Positions 1 through 12,804 of a stretch of DNA of 64,000 bases are shown piece by piece (within the stretch, counting starts at the first letter, position 1; every line of letters begins with the position of its first letter). Source of the stretch: the human T2T-CHM13v2.0 reference genome, Homo sapiens. The DNA is taken from NCBI RefSeq assembly GCF_009914755.1, contig NC_060927.1; one strand, written 5' to 3'. The position numbers were made by a program, and so were the translations under genes. Under the pieces are notes generated by a model. It saw only the letters and a program-made list of their open reading frames with translations, ran no database searches and was not told the DNA's origin.

Positions 1-655
1 TCTATACAGAAATTTATGGAAATAGCAATCCCTTTTCTGGGTACATACCCAAAGGAAATGAAATCACCACTTCATAATGATAGCAGTACTCTCATGTTAT
101 TTCAGCATTATTCACAATATACAAGACATGGAAACAACTGAAGTGTCCAGTAATAGACAAGTGGGTAAGGAAACTGTGGTATAGATATATGATGGTATAT
201 TATTTAGCCTTAAAATAAAAGTAGATCCTTCCATTTGCCACAACATGGATGTAACTGGATGGCATTAGGCTAAATGAATAAGCCAGACACAGAAAGAATA
301 ATACTGCATGATCTCACAATATATGTGGAATCCAAAAAAAAAAGTCAAATACAGAAATAGAAAATAAAACAGTAGTTACCAAAGGTAGGACAAGGAAAGG
401 AAATGGGGAGATGTAGGTCAAAGGATACAAAGTAGCAGATAGATAGGATGAGCAAAACTGCATGAGAAATATATTTTAAAATATTGCATTTGGGATTTTT
501 GCTTAAAAAAGTGGATATTTGATGTTCTTGCCACAAAATAAGTAACTGAGACAATGAATATGTTAATTTGCTTGACTATAGTAACAATTTCACTCTCTAC
601 CTGTATATTAAACATCATGTTGTACACCTTAAATATATACAATAAAATTGTTTAA
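1..655 (+). mobile_element. L1 3' end (end of ORF2 + 3'UTR), L1MA-type, running off the left edge
   Basis: GCAATCCC..CTGGGTACATACCCAAAGGAAATGAAATCA, AAGCCAGACACAGAAAGA..TACTGCATGATCTCAC, and terminal TTGTACACCTTAAATATATACAATAAA match old L1MA 3' ends. Confidence 0.85.
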
Positions 656-779
656 AAGCTGAAGGAAAAACACATTATCTATTCAATCAGTTATTTCTAC
701 AAATATTACTATAATCTCTATAATATTTAAAATCCTGTGGTGATAAAACATGAATCTCAAGTAAATAACAATAATAACA

Positions 780-1000
780 ACAATAGCTTATAATTATAAA
801 GTATCCTACCACAATTAAAGCATCATAAACTTATATAAATTAGCTCATTAATCTTTCCAGCAACCCCATGAGATTGGTAATATTATCATCCCCATATTAC
901 AGATGAGAAAATTGAGGCATAAGCTGTTAAGAGCCATGCCCAGGGTCTGGATCCCAGATCTATTATTTGGCATAAACTCTGAGTCCCAGCATTTTAACTA
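780..1000 (-). mobile_element. MIR SINE
   Basis: Reverse-complement MIR core: CAACCCCATGAGA..TATTATCATCCCCATATTACAGATGAGAAAATTGAGGCA. Confidence 0.8.
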
Positions 1001-1448
1001 TTACAATCCAATCCAATAGTTGAATTATTGAAACATAAGTTTGCCATTTTTTATCAAAATGGTTGAATATCATCAATTAGATATAATTCAACGATATAGG
1101 TTTGCATGCATGACATAACAGATTAATTCTCCTAACAGGGCTATAAGAATTTAGAGTTAGTAGAAACAATTCAAACAGTTTGGTATTACCAAAGGACACT
1201 TAGTGTAGAAGGTGGAAACTGATCTCAGTTTTAAAGGATAGGATGTGAATAAAAGGAAAACCAGGAAGTGTTTTCTAGGTGAGAGGATGACTTATACCAA
1301 GCCAGGGAGGTAAGAATGCATGTGTGTCTTCTATAAGTATTGACATTAGTTTTATTACTGCTATGGAGTCTTGATACCTATTTCCTGCCTGATTTTCTGA
1401 TTCCAGATACCCCCCAGCACCACCACCAACTAATTTGCCCTAAAGAGG

Positions 1449-2408
1449 GGCACATGCGTTTAATTGTGTCCCCGCTCCAAAATGTATATGTTGAAGCCCT
1501 AACCCCTAGTACCTCAGAATGTGGCCTTATTTGAAAATAGGGTCATTGCAAATATAATTAGTTTAGATGAGGTCAGTAAGATGGCCCTAATCCAATATAA
1601 TCGATTGCCTTATAAAAAGGAAAAATTTGTACACAGAGACATACACCCAGGAAGAGCACACGTGAAGATGAAGGCAGGGATTGAAGAAGCAGCACGGAGA
1701 TACTTCCACAAGCCAAGGAACACCAAAGATTAGGGACTGTCAAAGAATACCAAGGAATACCAAATCACTAGAAGCCAGGCAAGAAGCATGAAACAAATTT
1801 TCTCTCACAACCTTCAGAAAAAAACAACCCTTGACCTGAGACACCTTGATCTGAGAACACCTACTTCCCAGAACTGTGAGATAATACATTTCTGTTAAGT
1901 CGCCCAGTGGATTAGTCAGGGTTTTTCAGAGAAACAAATCACATAAACAAAACTATATAGAGATTTATTATGAGGTGTTGATTCATGTGATTATGGAGGC
2001 TAAGAAGCCCCATGATCTGCTCTCTGCATGCAGGAAACCCAGGAAAGGTAGTGGTTTAGCTCTAGTCTAAACCCATAGGCCTGACAACCAGGATCACCAA
2101 TGTCAGAGGGCAAGAGAAGTTGGATGTTGCAGTTCAAGCAGAGGGTGAATTTGCCATTTCTCCACCTTTTGGTTCTGAGTCCTCAGCAGATTGCATGATG
2201 TCCACTCATATTGCTGAGGGCATTCTTCTTTACTCAGTTTACCAATTTAAATGCTAATCTTTTTCAGAAATACCCTCACAGATACACCCAGAAATAATAT
2301 TTTACCAGCTACTTGGGCATCTCTTAGCCCAATCAAGATGACACATGAAATTCACCACCACATTTGGTTTGTGGTACTTTATTATGGAAGCCCTAAGCAA
2401 ACTAATAT
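1449..2408 (+). mobile_element. MLT1C-like MaLR solo LTR, split by an MLT2 insertion (1449-1907 and 2363-2408)
   Basis: AATTGTGTCCCC..ATATGTTGAAGCCCTAACCCCTAGTACCTCAGAATGTGGCCTTATTTG start; CCAGAACTGTGAGATAATACATTTCTGTT; resumes with TTTGTGGTACTTTATTATGGAAGCCCTAAGCAAACTAATA. Confidence 0.85.
1908..2362 (-). mobile_element. MLT2 (ERVL, MLT2C/D-like) solo LTR nested in MLT1C
   Basis: TGGATTAGTCAGGGTTTTTCAGAGAAACA ... CCCTCACAGATACACCCAGAAATAAT ... CAAGATGACACATGAAATTCACCACCACA. Confidence 0.85.
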
Positions 2409-2959
2409 GAGGGAGAAACACAAAAAGCCTGCTTGAGTGTTTTCATTCTTTCTCCCTTTCTCCACAGGAACTCTGGGAAGATGTAGAGATTCAGAGAAAT
2501 TCTTCTGGCCTCCAAATTCTAAGCCTCGATCAGCACATCAGTATTTCTCTCAATATTTTATCATAACAAAAACTTGGCCATTAATCCAAACACTATTTTT
2601 TAGACATCCTGATTTTTGCATCTTCCAAGTGACACATTTTTGTGGTAAAGAATCAACTGGGATCTATGATCACGCTAGATCTATGTCTTCAGTCATTGCT
2701 TTCTTGGTGTTAGCATTTTTATCTCCCAATTTAAGAATTGTTTATAGACCTTACAAATATGTAAGACACTATTTTATAGTGACATTTGAAATATCTTATT
2801 TCAAGTGTTATAGATATAAGCTATAAAATATAGATATAGATATAACAACTTCTAAATATAACCACTTTGGATTTTTTAGAAAGAATGTACAATTTTTTGA
2901 GGCAATTCCAAGAAAAGAAAAATAGTTAACATTATTTAATGCTTGTAAAAGATACTTTT

Positions 2960-3360
2960 TAAAGCAGATTTACGTGTGTTACCTCATTTAATCCTCACAA
3001 CAAACTTTGAAGTCGTTTCTATAATTATAGTGAAGACAGTAAGGCACAGAGATCAAAGTCATACAGCTACTTAGTGTCATAATCAATATAAAAAGAAAGA
3101 AAACCTTTATGAGTACCTACTGCATATGTAGAACTGTATCACCTGGTTTGATGAGTTATCTTCCTTAATTTTACTTAATCTTTGGTAGCATTGACCAAAA
3201 CTGTGTGACTAACATGTTATTATATTTAACATGTTATTATATCTTCTTTTCCCCGATAATACAGCTAAGGCCTAGAGAATTTTTTTGTCCAGTTCACATT
3301 GCTAGTAATTTGGGGGATAATATTTTAGGTCTGTGTTTGAAACGTGTGTTCTCTTCCAAG
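2960..3360 (-). mobile_element. Two degraded MIR fragments
   Basis: CTCATTTAATCCTCACAACAA..AAGGCACAGAGA..AAAGTCATACAGCTA; GAGTACCTACT.. and CTAAGGCCTAGAGAA..GTCCAGTTCACATTGCTAGTAA. Confidence 0.6.
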
Positions 3361-4072
3361 TTAATTATATTAATCAGTCGCACACATCTTCATAAGTCTT
3401 TTTTTTTCTTTCCTCAGTCTTCCTACTGGTGTTCCCTAACCACTCCTATAAACAGAGCCCCACCCAGCTCTTTGGATCCAGGGTAATCTCAACAAAGGGC
3501 AAACATAAGAACCACTTTATCCATGGCCAAGCAGCCTGTCTTCAAAATTGACTTACTGCTTTTCTTACTGCTTTTCCTCTCTGGTCTTTTATTCTGGTTT
3601 CAGAAACCAAGCTCATTTTTTTTTCTTTATAATCAGATGTCCACTTTAAGCCACATAATGAGTAATTAGACCCCTAATTTGATATGCTTACTCCAGTATG
3701 TTGCTTGCTGGCACATAATTTCCTCCACAGACCAGTTTTTTATATCAGTTTTTATTGGTGCTGGTTAAATTCTTCTATTTTGAACCATTAGAGACACAAA
3801 CAAAGGTTTCTGAAATTTCTTGAGCGTCTTCTGTTGATTACACCATAAAAGAGACACACTGCACGTTTTGTTTGTCCTCTTCTTTTCATGACTGGTGCTA
3901 GGAAAATCCCCACCATTGAAGAAATTTGGACCCAGAAAGAAACATAATGATCAGCTCAGACACCAGAATGAGTAGAAAGAGAAGGACAAAGTACTCGATG
4001 GAGGACACATGTTTCCAGAGACTGGAAGCATGATGCCACTTTTTTTACATTACCTACTGTTGTAAAATGTAG

Positions 4073-4597
4073 TGTATTAATATAAATTTGAAGAATAATA
4101 AGACCAACAGATCAGGAAATGGCTGCCATTGAAAACATAATTTATTACTCACAGTTTCCAAGAGGAGGGGGCACACCGTGCCACAAGAGGCCACAGGGAA
4201 ACACCAGGGTTGATCAGGAGGCAGAGGGAGAGGGAAGAACTGTGGACAAAACCCTTTATTGCAGTTTTCATGAGAAATAAGGAGTGAGATGAGTAGGCAG
4301 ACTTAGGATTGGCTACTTTGGATTTCAGTGGGCTTTAGGGCATAGGGACTGCCCATAGTTGTCTGGTATCTGGCCCTTGAGTAATTAAGGCAGATGAATA
4401 GTGACTTCGAGTGTGAGAAACCTGTAAAGGTAGTTGGAGTGTGGGCTGTAGGTTGGCTGGTTTGTATTTGAAAAGTGCACTCATAGGCCAGTTGTTTACT
4501 ATCTCTGTGAATTGGCTAGCCCTGGGAGAAGCAGTCCTTCTAAGGCCCCAGATGTCAAAGCATCTGAATACAGAAAATAAAAGACATAATTAAGACA
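4073..4597 (-). mobile_element. ERVL-class solo LTR (MER73/74/76-like)
   Basis: TG...CA termini; TGTATTAATATAAATTTG..AGACCAACAGATCAGGA, TTTATT (minus-strand polyA signal), GCTAGCCCTGGGAG..GGCCCCAGATGTCAAAGCATC..AATACAGAAAATAAAAGACAT. Confidence 0.7.
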
Positions 4598-4654
4598 CCA
4601 ATACATGACCACTCAGTTGTGGAATAGTAATTTTTTAAAATTTTAATGTTTAAA

Positions 4655-4783
4655 AATTATTTTTATTTTTTGACTTTTAGGTTCAGGGTTACATGGGTAA
4701 ATTGTGTGTCACTGGGGTTTGGTGTACAAACAATTTTGTCACCCAGATAGTGAGGATGGTACCCAATAGGTAGTTTTTGATCT
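4655..4783 (-). mobile_element. Short L1 3' end (L1PA13-16/L1PB-like)
   Basis: T-rich tail then GGTTCAGGG..TTACATGGGTAAATTGTGTGTCACTGGGGTTTGGTGTACAAA..GTCACCCAG..GTACCCAATAGGTAGTTTTT. Confidence 0.75.
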
Positions 4784-4806
4784 TTTAAAACTATAATGTA
4801 TACATG

Positions 4807-4872
4807 TTTTTTGTTGGAGTCTCACTCTGTCACTCAGATTGGAGTGTAGTGGCTTCTAGCCTCAAACTCCTG
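4807..4872 (-). mobile_element. Alu (J/FLAM-like) fragment with internal deletion
   Basis: GGAGTCTCACTCTGTCACTCAGATTGGAGTGTAGTGGC..AGCCTCAAACTCCTG. Confidence 0.65.
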
Positions 4873-5333
4873 TATCTTTTATTTTGACATTTGTTAATAT
4901 TTTCAAAGAAAAAATAACTTTTTATAACAAAGAAGCACTTAAGAATTACCAGCTAGATCTAGATATTACTTTAACAACACTAAAAAAATCACAATATAAG
5001 TAATAATTATTAATTTAATCTATTCATCATATGCAGCATCATTACAATGTTTGAACATGGTATGCAAATTTTGTGGTACATTTTTAAAGATATATGAAAT
5101 TGTTGGTTATTCTGTTGCATAATTGCCTTGAATAGTAAGCATTTGGTATAAGGGCTTGAGGGTTGAATTACATTAAGTAAGACTTTCTGAGATTAGTGTG
5201 TGGGCAATGAAAGAGAAGAATGGTCTCAATCCTGGAGGGGCAAGCTATCATGGCAAATCTGTCCTCACCCTACCCCAACCTGACTCCTGACCCAAGCCCT
5301 CTTCCCTGCTCTCAGGGAAGTTTTTTCTGACAA

Positions 5334-5375
5334 TGCTGCTGCCCCCACCATTGCTGCTGCTGCCCCCACCATTGC
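5334..5375. repeat. Perfect 21-bp tandem duplication
   Basis: TGCTGCTGCCCCCACCATTGC x2. Confidence 0.95.
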
Positions 5376-5985
5376 TGCCCAGATGCTATCAAGAAACATT
5401 AATGCAAAAGAAGGTGAAAGTTCTATGTGTCTTGGGGAGAAAAGGTCTTGTTCTGTGATCTGGGCTGGCACTGTACTTTGATTAAGTACATCTTTTCAGT
5501 CCCACAGTCCACATTATTGTTTACAGTTTTCTATTTTAGAAACTCTGAGCTGACTCATCAAGGGACCAAATGTCAGAAGCTATTGCTAGCTAGTGTTCCC
5601 CAACACATGTGCCTTTCCTATGTCCTGTAAAAGAGTTTATGTACATTGACCCCCAGCTACAATTCCATGTGCTCTCTCTCTTTCCCAGGCTAGACCTAAT
5701 AAAAAATTCCCCCTCAATTTAACATTTTTCTCACCTAGAATTTTAGGAATTCTTATGCAGATAGAAAACCTCATGACAAGATACAACCTTCCAGAACCTT
5801 ACTTCTAGAAGTGGCTATGCTTCTCGCATTCTCCTGAAGGCTGGAAAATGTTATATACTGCTTGGAACCACAGATTATACTTCAAAAAGATAGACTTCAA
5901 ACTAAACAAATATAATATACAATATAATACAAATTATACAAATGTGCATATATGTCAATGAGTTCCAGACTTAGAGCTAGAGAGC

Positions 5986-6041
5986 TCTAATTTAATTCTA
6001 ATACAGAATCTAACAGAGTCTAATTTAATTCTAATACAGAA
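5986..6041. repeat. 23-bp direct repeat with 10-bp spacer
   Basis: TCTAATTTAATTCTAATACAGAA at 5986-6008 and 6019-6041, spacer TCTAACAGAG. Confidence 0.9.
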
Positions 6042-6069
6042 GAGATTAATAGGCTAATCAGTTGTCTCC

Positions 6070-6170
6070 TGTTGCTGTCTTTTCCTCATCTGTAAAATGA
6101 AGGGAGACAATAACCTCCCACTGTAATAATCAAGTGAGATAAAGTGTAGTTATTACATGCACTGTAAAAG
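6070..6170 (+). mobile_element. MIR fragment
   Basis: TTTCCTCATCTGTAAAATGAAGGG core. Confidence 0.7.
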
Positions 6171-7746
6171 CTGGAGAGAAAATGCCCCAAGGAAACCACT
6201 CCAGGGTTCTGCTTTGCCCAAAGCTTTTCTTAAAGACTTGTGGCCAAAGTCTTAAAAAGGGCAAGGGTTTGAATGTTGGTTTTCAATAGAATTGAACAAG
6301 TTAGGGTACAAGGCCAACATTCACAATCAATCATGGGTAGAGACAACCCTGAAGAAAGAGATTACATGGTGAGAGTTTTAATAAGAAAGAGTAAGGAGGC
6401 TGTATTTCTAGGGCTGCTGGGAAGAAAGGAAAGAGAGAACAGGGAACTGGCTGAGCAGAAGTCACAACCAAGAGCTGCATTTGCCCAACAATGATATACA
6501 GGTAAGGTCCAGTTTTTACATTAAAATATTTTCAACAAGGGTTTGTATTCACATTAGCGATTTTGCTTTTTGCTTACCTCATCTACCCAGATAAACTTTT
6601 AAATTGCTATGGTAAGCATTGTTTCCTCATAAGTTAAAATAAGCACTTCTCTTACAAATATTGAAAAGAAATCACCGTATTATGCCTTAATATAGCAGTC
6701 ACATATCAAAGAAAATTTCTAAAATCAAAAACACAGAAAAATATATTTAAATATGCCCCAAATCCTCCAGAACTATGTAAGTGCTACGATAGCTTTAAAT
6801 ACATTCTGTCAATTTCTGGTACAATAATTCTATTACAAAAACACAAACTGTATTCTCTAAAACAGAGACATCACTCAACCAGAGAAATGAGTTAATTCAA
6901 AAAAAAAAAAAAAGTAGATCACTGAAATGGAAAGCTGATACACACACACATATTTACATACACATGTATATGAACTATATATGTCTATATAAGCAAATAC
7001 ATATAGATGTTACATAAAATCTAAAATTTGAAGTATGAAAATTTCTAATTCCATATTATTTTAATGCAATTATCAAGAAGAGTTGTTCCTTTTAAAGCAT
7101 CACTTTGATAGATACTAGAACAGTCTGCCTAAGGAAAGGCAACAGTAACTATTCTTAAGGCAATTTATAGGCTATATTCTTTGATTCACTGAATATATAG
7201 TCTTGCTAATATGGTGAGAAATTAGATAAATGTGCATTCCCCATAAATTGGACAATGGTCTGAAGCCAATTGCTAAGTCAACTGTGTAATTGTTGTAAAC
7301 ATTTCTTATACGTTAGTCATTTTCCCACACTATAAAATTAGTTGAGACTTGAATTTTCAGGTTTTAGTCCCCTGATTGGCAATTTATTTACCAAAAAAAA
7401 GCCCCCAAAGCACTGTATACCATCATATAATTAAATGCCTGCATATGCTTTGAAGATAAAGCAATCATTATGAAGTATTTCAAAGAATTATTTTAGGAAT
7501 AAATTCAACAAGTACATTAAGTAGATGTATTGGTGTTAAAAAATGGAAATATGCCTCTTTATACTCTGTAATATCAGCCGTAATGAGCACCACTAGTTTT
7601 AAACACTGTTAGTCTTTAGTTGGTCTGTCTCCATTCTGGAAAAGGCCATCAAAAAAAGCTGATAACTTCTATTAATGCAAAGATATTCAGGGATTCTGCT
7701 GGTTCTTTAATTGTCTGTAACTGGTCTCTCTGTTCTTCTTCCTTAG

Positions 7747-7821
7747 AATGTTAAATGAAATCAAATAGGCTGGAGTGCCCAGAAAGAATAGGCACCTGCC
7801 AATGAGGAATTCTTAAAGCCG
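7747..7821 (+). other. Candidate non-coding exon (75 nt)
   Basis: Acceptor TCTCTCTGTTCTTCTTCCTTAG|, donor CCG|GTGAGT; stop codons in all three frames; unique (non-repeat) sequence. Confidence 0.4.
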
Positions 7822-9019
7822 GTGAGTGAATATTCACTATCAATATCATTAGTGCTTTTATTCAGTTATCCATTAATATATCTATTCAGTTACCCGATAT
7901 TTTCTCAACAATTGTTATAGGTGCAAATTATGGAGACAAAAAACCTGCCCAGTTTTTTACCTCAATCAACTGATGCTCTAACAGTCACGTAAGTAAGAAA
8001 TACTATCAAATCACTGAAGAACTGGGATATTTTCTATAAGGTTCACCAAGACAGGAAAAAATGATAATAAAATCTTAAAATAATACTGTAACACTTAATT
8101 ATTTTTCATGGTATATAATCTTGTGATCTCTGGGTGTTGCTTGAAAACCATCCACATGAATGCGTAATTGCAATGATTGATGTGGATCAGGATCAATACT
8201 GAGCCTTCTTTGCCAGATAGAAATTAAAGGAGCAATGATTGTTGGGCTAGCCTCAATTTCCATCCTATCCCTACCCCTCACATGGCTGAACACAAAATAG
8301 TTTTTTATATTCAATAGAAGAAGTACCCTCTCCCCCTGTCCTGGCAACCTTGTCTTCTGTCTTTAGAGATCACATTTCAAAAGCAAAATTTATACTTTTC
8401 AATATAAGTCAGAAAAAAGAATTTGTTTCCCAAAGAAATAATTCTATAAATTTGAAAGTCACCTATAAAGGGATATCTGAATTAGTTTTCCACTATCCAA
8501 TAGATAAAAGAACTGGTGAAATATGGACAATTTACAAATTCATCTCTAAATTATTGAGTGCATACTATACCAGATTTTAAAATCAGTGCCAAATTAACAT
8601 AATAACTATAATATTGTATAACTTTCTTGTTAAAAATTTAAAATTCTGAACCAAACTCTTCAGTTTATTGATGCGGTATACCTTATTAGAGACTTGAGCT
8701 CTTGCTGTTGAAAAATGCTTTTAGGGAGATGAAAGTAATTGGTTTCTACAAATTGTGTTCTGGCTTCCTAAAAGTAATATAACCTACTTTCTTTATACAG
8801 ATGCTATATGCCAGCTGAAAAATAAAAGATAAAAGAATCAGAGATGGAGTAGGGAATCTGACTTCGGAAATGTGTAAAGGACAATGATTGTCTGGGGAAC
8901 AATGGGAAAGAATGATGCAGGAAAGGGAGAATGTGTGTTAGCCTAGAAGTTTCATTTCCATTTGGAAAAAGGAAGAAAACTGGATACTTCCTGAGTTTCA
9001 ACTGTGAGTCAGGTCATTT

Positions 9020-9180
9020 CATAACCTTGTTTAGTGTTCATGGCAACTGTATGAGAGAGTATTTTTTTCCTATTTTACAGATTAAAAAATGAACTTAAAT
9101 AAAATATCTAAGATCCTATAGTGGCCAAGCTAGGAATGGAATTGCCTCTGTATGATTCCAGAGCCTGTCTTCATTCTCTT
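9020..9180 (-). mobile_element. MIR fragment
   Basis: GGCAACTGTATGAGAGAGTATT..CCTATTTTACAGAT..GTGGCCAAGCTAGGAATGGAA..TGATTCCAGAGCCTGT. Confidence 0.65.
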
Positions 9181-10564
9181 CTGGATAGAACAGGGATCAG
9201 AGAAGAACAGATTATTTGGGAAATAATGATGTATGCTGACATCAGAGGACTCAAACTACAAAAATGTAATTTATATTTCAATGCCTCAGTGATGTTTTAT
9301 TCAAAATGCCAAATAATTATATTATTTTTTACAATAATCTTAATGTTCTAGCATGGGAACGTTCTCAGTGTAACCAGTGTTAGACCACCAAGGGAATTAG
9401 GAATTTTTGTTTTAGTTCAGGCTTTTACTGATAAACTTTCCAAAGACTATTAAAATAGCTCCTTGCTTTAACTTTAAAATGGTTTTCACACTGTGAGAAA
9501 ATTATAAGATATTAATGAGTTCATGCATGTGATGTCCTTTGAGTTCCCTGAAAGAAGGGGCTTTTTAGAAAAGTGATGCTGTCCTCTTTTGTTCTTTTTT
9601 GTTTGGTATCTTGCCTAAGTTGACTGAACATTTGTGGCTTGTTGATTCTGCTAGTCACCAGAAAAAAATGAAGCCATGCTTCAATGGCCAAATTAGAATA
9701 GAAGTCAGTTAATGATTTAACTTCTACCTCCAGACTTTCAGGAATAAAGATTTTGGCAATGCTTTGATTGCCATTGCTTTAGTGTGTGTAGGTTGGTACT
9801 TCACCATGATGTGAGATTTACTTAATAAGAATTCAGAAGCTATTTGTAAGAACATGGGATGTGAGCATCAGAGATTGTGACAGAACTTGAGAGCTACCTT
9901 TAAAAAATCCAGGAGGTAAAGAAGGAATGGAGAGGGGATAAAAGTAGCTGTTAATAGAACCAGCAATATTCCAAGTAAGCATATTTAACTTTATAAAGCA
10001 CTGCAGATGTCGTCAGTTTGGTGACCTGGAAGACAAGCTCACATGAAGAAATATCTTTTTGACAGGAGAATGGTTTGTACGTAAATGGACTTTAAATGTA
10101 CCAGAGATTGTTTGTATTTGGTATTACATTACTTGAAAAACTAATTACACAGTTTGTAATTAATAGGCAACACTCTCTTTGGAGGAAATAATTTTAACCC
10201 AATATCTGGAGTTGCTAATTTTCATTTTCTCAACTCTTCTCAACCTCCCTTGATCCTAATCTTCTTCGTACTTTCTCACCAGTCACCTTCTTCTCACTTT
10301 CTACTGGTTTCTTTCTATGAACATTTAAACATAATCAATATGCCATTTGTCTAAAACAAATAAACAAAACCCTCTCAACCCCATAAGCTTCTCCAGCAAT
10401 TGTCCAACCTAATTATTTGAATTATTTTTGTGTTTTATACATAATAAATACACAATATGTATTTGTCCAATCAAATAATGTTTGTTAGAACTTAATGCAG
10501 TCTTTTGTAAGTTTTATCACTTGCATCATGATTCTTTCTATTTATATGTACCAAGATTGTTTTA

Positions 10565-11547
10565 ATTCATAGATGACTCCTAAATCTATACTCCCAGGCT
10601 ATTGTCTGGATTTGCAATCCAATTGCATATATTTTCAACTATCTATTGGACTTTTTCACCCATGTGTCTCACAGCACTTCACACTCAGCTTATCCAGAAC
10701 TAACTCATCAGGCCTCCTTCCATATATGTATATATATCATCTTCCCTATCTCAATGAAAGGCAGCAAAGCAGCTTCATCCACTTCATTTTCCAAGCCATA
10801 TATCTAAGAGCTATCTCTTATCCCTCCCTGCTCCTCATCTCCAATATTTGTGTTAACTACTGCATATTCCTAATTTTATCCCCTTAATACTTCTTAGATC
10901 TCATTTCCCTCCATCTCACTGTATTCTAAGCCATACCATCATTATCTCCCTAGATTACTGTAACTGCCTCCTAATGCTTCCATCTATTCTGCATACTTGA
11001 TCTAGAATAATCTTCCTAAACATAAATGTGGTATTAACACTACCCTGCCCAAATCTTTGCCCATTGACCTAATAATGAATGAACAATCCTTTAACACAGC
11101 TTGTGAGTTCCCACCTGCATCATTTATCCCTACCTGCATCATTTATCCCTACTAGACCAACCCATTCTATAGGGACACTGAAATATTTTTCTCTTCCTTG
11201 AACCTGCCATATTATCGTGTTAGATCTTCAAGCATGCACTTCTCCCTCTCTGGAGCACACTTTCCCCATTCTATTCTGCTCCAATCTGAGAGGGGAAAAG
11301 TAAAGTCTCAGCTTCTATCTAGAGGCCACCTCTAGTTAGTCTAGATAAGATTAGGTTCTTGTCTATGTCTTTTTTCTAAGTTATTACTAATCATATTTTA
11401 ATTATTTTATAGTTGTCTATCTTTTTCAATAGAGTCCATAATTATTACGAAAAGAAATCATGTCTCTTCTTGATCTCACACTATCCTCAGCTTCTAATAC
11501 AGTGCTTTGCAAGTAGTGGATGCTTAATAAAGTTTTTATGTAAGTAA
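10565..11547 (+). mobile_element. L2 LINE 3' portion
   Basis: GATGACTCCTAAATCTATA.., CTAGATTACTGTAACTGCCTCCTAA, 3' end CTAATACAGTGCTTTGCAAGTAGTGGATGCTTAATAAAG. Confidence 0.8.
11113..11150. repeat. Perfect 19-bp tandem duplication inside L2
   Basis: ACCTGCATCATTTATCCCT x2. Confidence 0.95.
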
Positions 11548-12804
11548 TTTTATCTGAAATAAAAAGTAGCATCATTTAAGCATACAATTTTTGATAGTCG
11601 ATTGCATGCTTTCCTTAGAGAGTACAGATTCAGAGTCCTCTGAATTGTTCATTCCAACCAGGCCATGTTTTAAAACAAAAGGGGATAATATTAATGAATT
11701 ATAGGTCAACAGAGTAAACTGAGATTCTTACAGGCAGACTAGGAAATGTGGTCACCCTCCTTTAGGAGTTTGGCAGATAAGTAAAGTACATGTGCCTCTG
11801 CTTTTTCTGGGGAAAAGGAAGGAGTTCTATTGATCTAGAGATGGCAGAAACTATGCAACTCCAGACAGTTATTTGTATGTAAGAATACAGACCCAATCTT
11901 ATCAGATCTTCTGATTTGTCAAGAAAAAATAGGGAATTCCATCTGAATTCTATTTTATCTGAAATATCTTGATGTTTTAATGTTAGTAATGCAGTGATTT
12001 TTTTTTTTTTTAGAAAAAGCAGTTCTAGGTATAGGCAGGAGATAAAAATCAAAATGAATAATAATCTGCATAGGCTAGATACACAGATATCAACATTAGC
12101 CACTTTGTAAGAGCAGGGTACTCCAGGCATTATACCTTTAGTCGCTGAGTCATGGGGGAGGTTTGGAAAGTCCTAAACAAGGGGCCTATGCAGCCAGGAT
12201 ATTAGGAAGACATTCAGGAGGCCTGAAAGCATCGTAATATTCTAAACCCAGCATAGCCACAACCTAAATATTCATCCTGGTATAGCTATAAGGAATACTT
12301 CATGAGGCCCTCCAAAGTGACTTTGTTAACTTCTGAAATAGTGTGATAATTTTTATTTCCCTACTCACTCACCACACAATCATTTCCTAATTGCTGTCTG
12401 TGTTTGACTTGCACCTGTATTAGGTAATAAAGATTCAGAATTTTATTCACACTGGTTCCACTACCAATTTTACTATTCAATTGAGAAACAGATACCATTA
12501 GCTGCTAATTCCAAAATCATCAGTTTGGTGACTATAACTTGGGTCAGAAAGATTTAGCACTGCTTCTCCTTCCACATCCACAACTTCTAGCTCACAGTTT
12601 GCCCCTTAGAAGTATCTGTCTAACATTCATAGTTTAGCCTGCAAGCTGTTGCTTAGTCTAGTAATGACACATACAGAATGGTTTTATGGTCAAGCACTGA
12701 GTCATTCCCCAAGCTGCTTGTTTTAGTTATATTCTCCAAATGTATACAATACAGATTTATAAAAATGATTATGCTGAGGTTATAATTTCAAAATGAGCCA
12801 CAAA

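Noticed and set aside
5265-5471. ORF with repeated AAMVGAA peptide
   Set aside because: Produced by the 21-bp DNA duplication; no coding support
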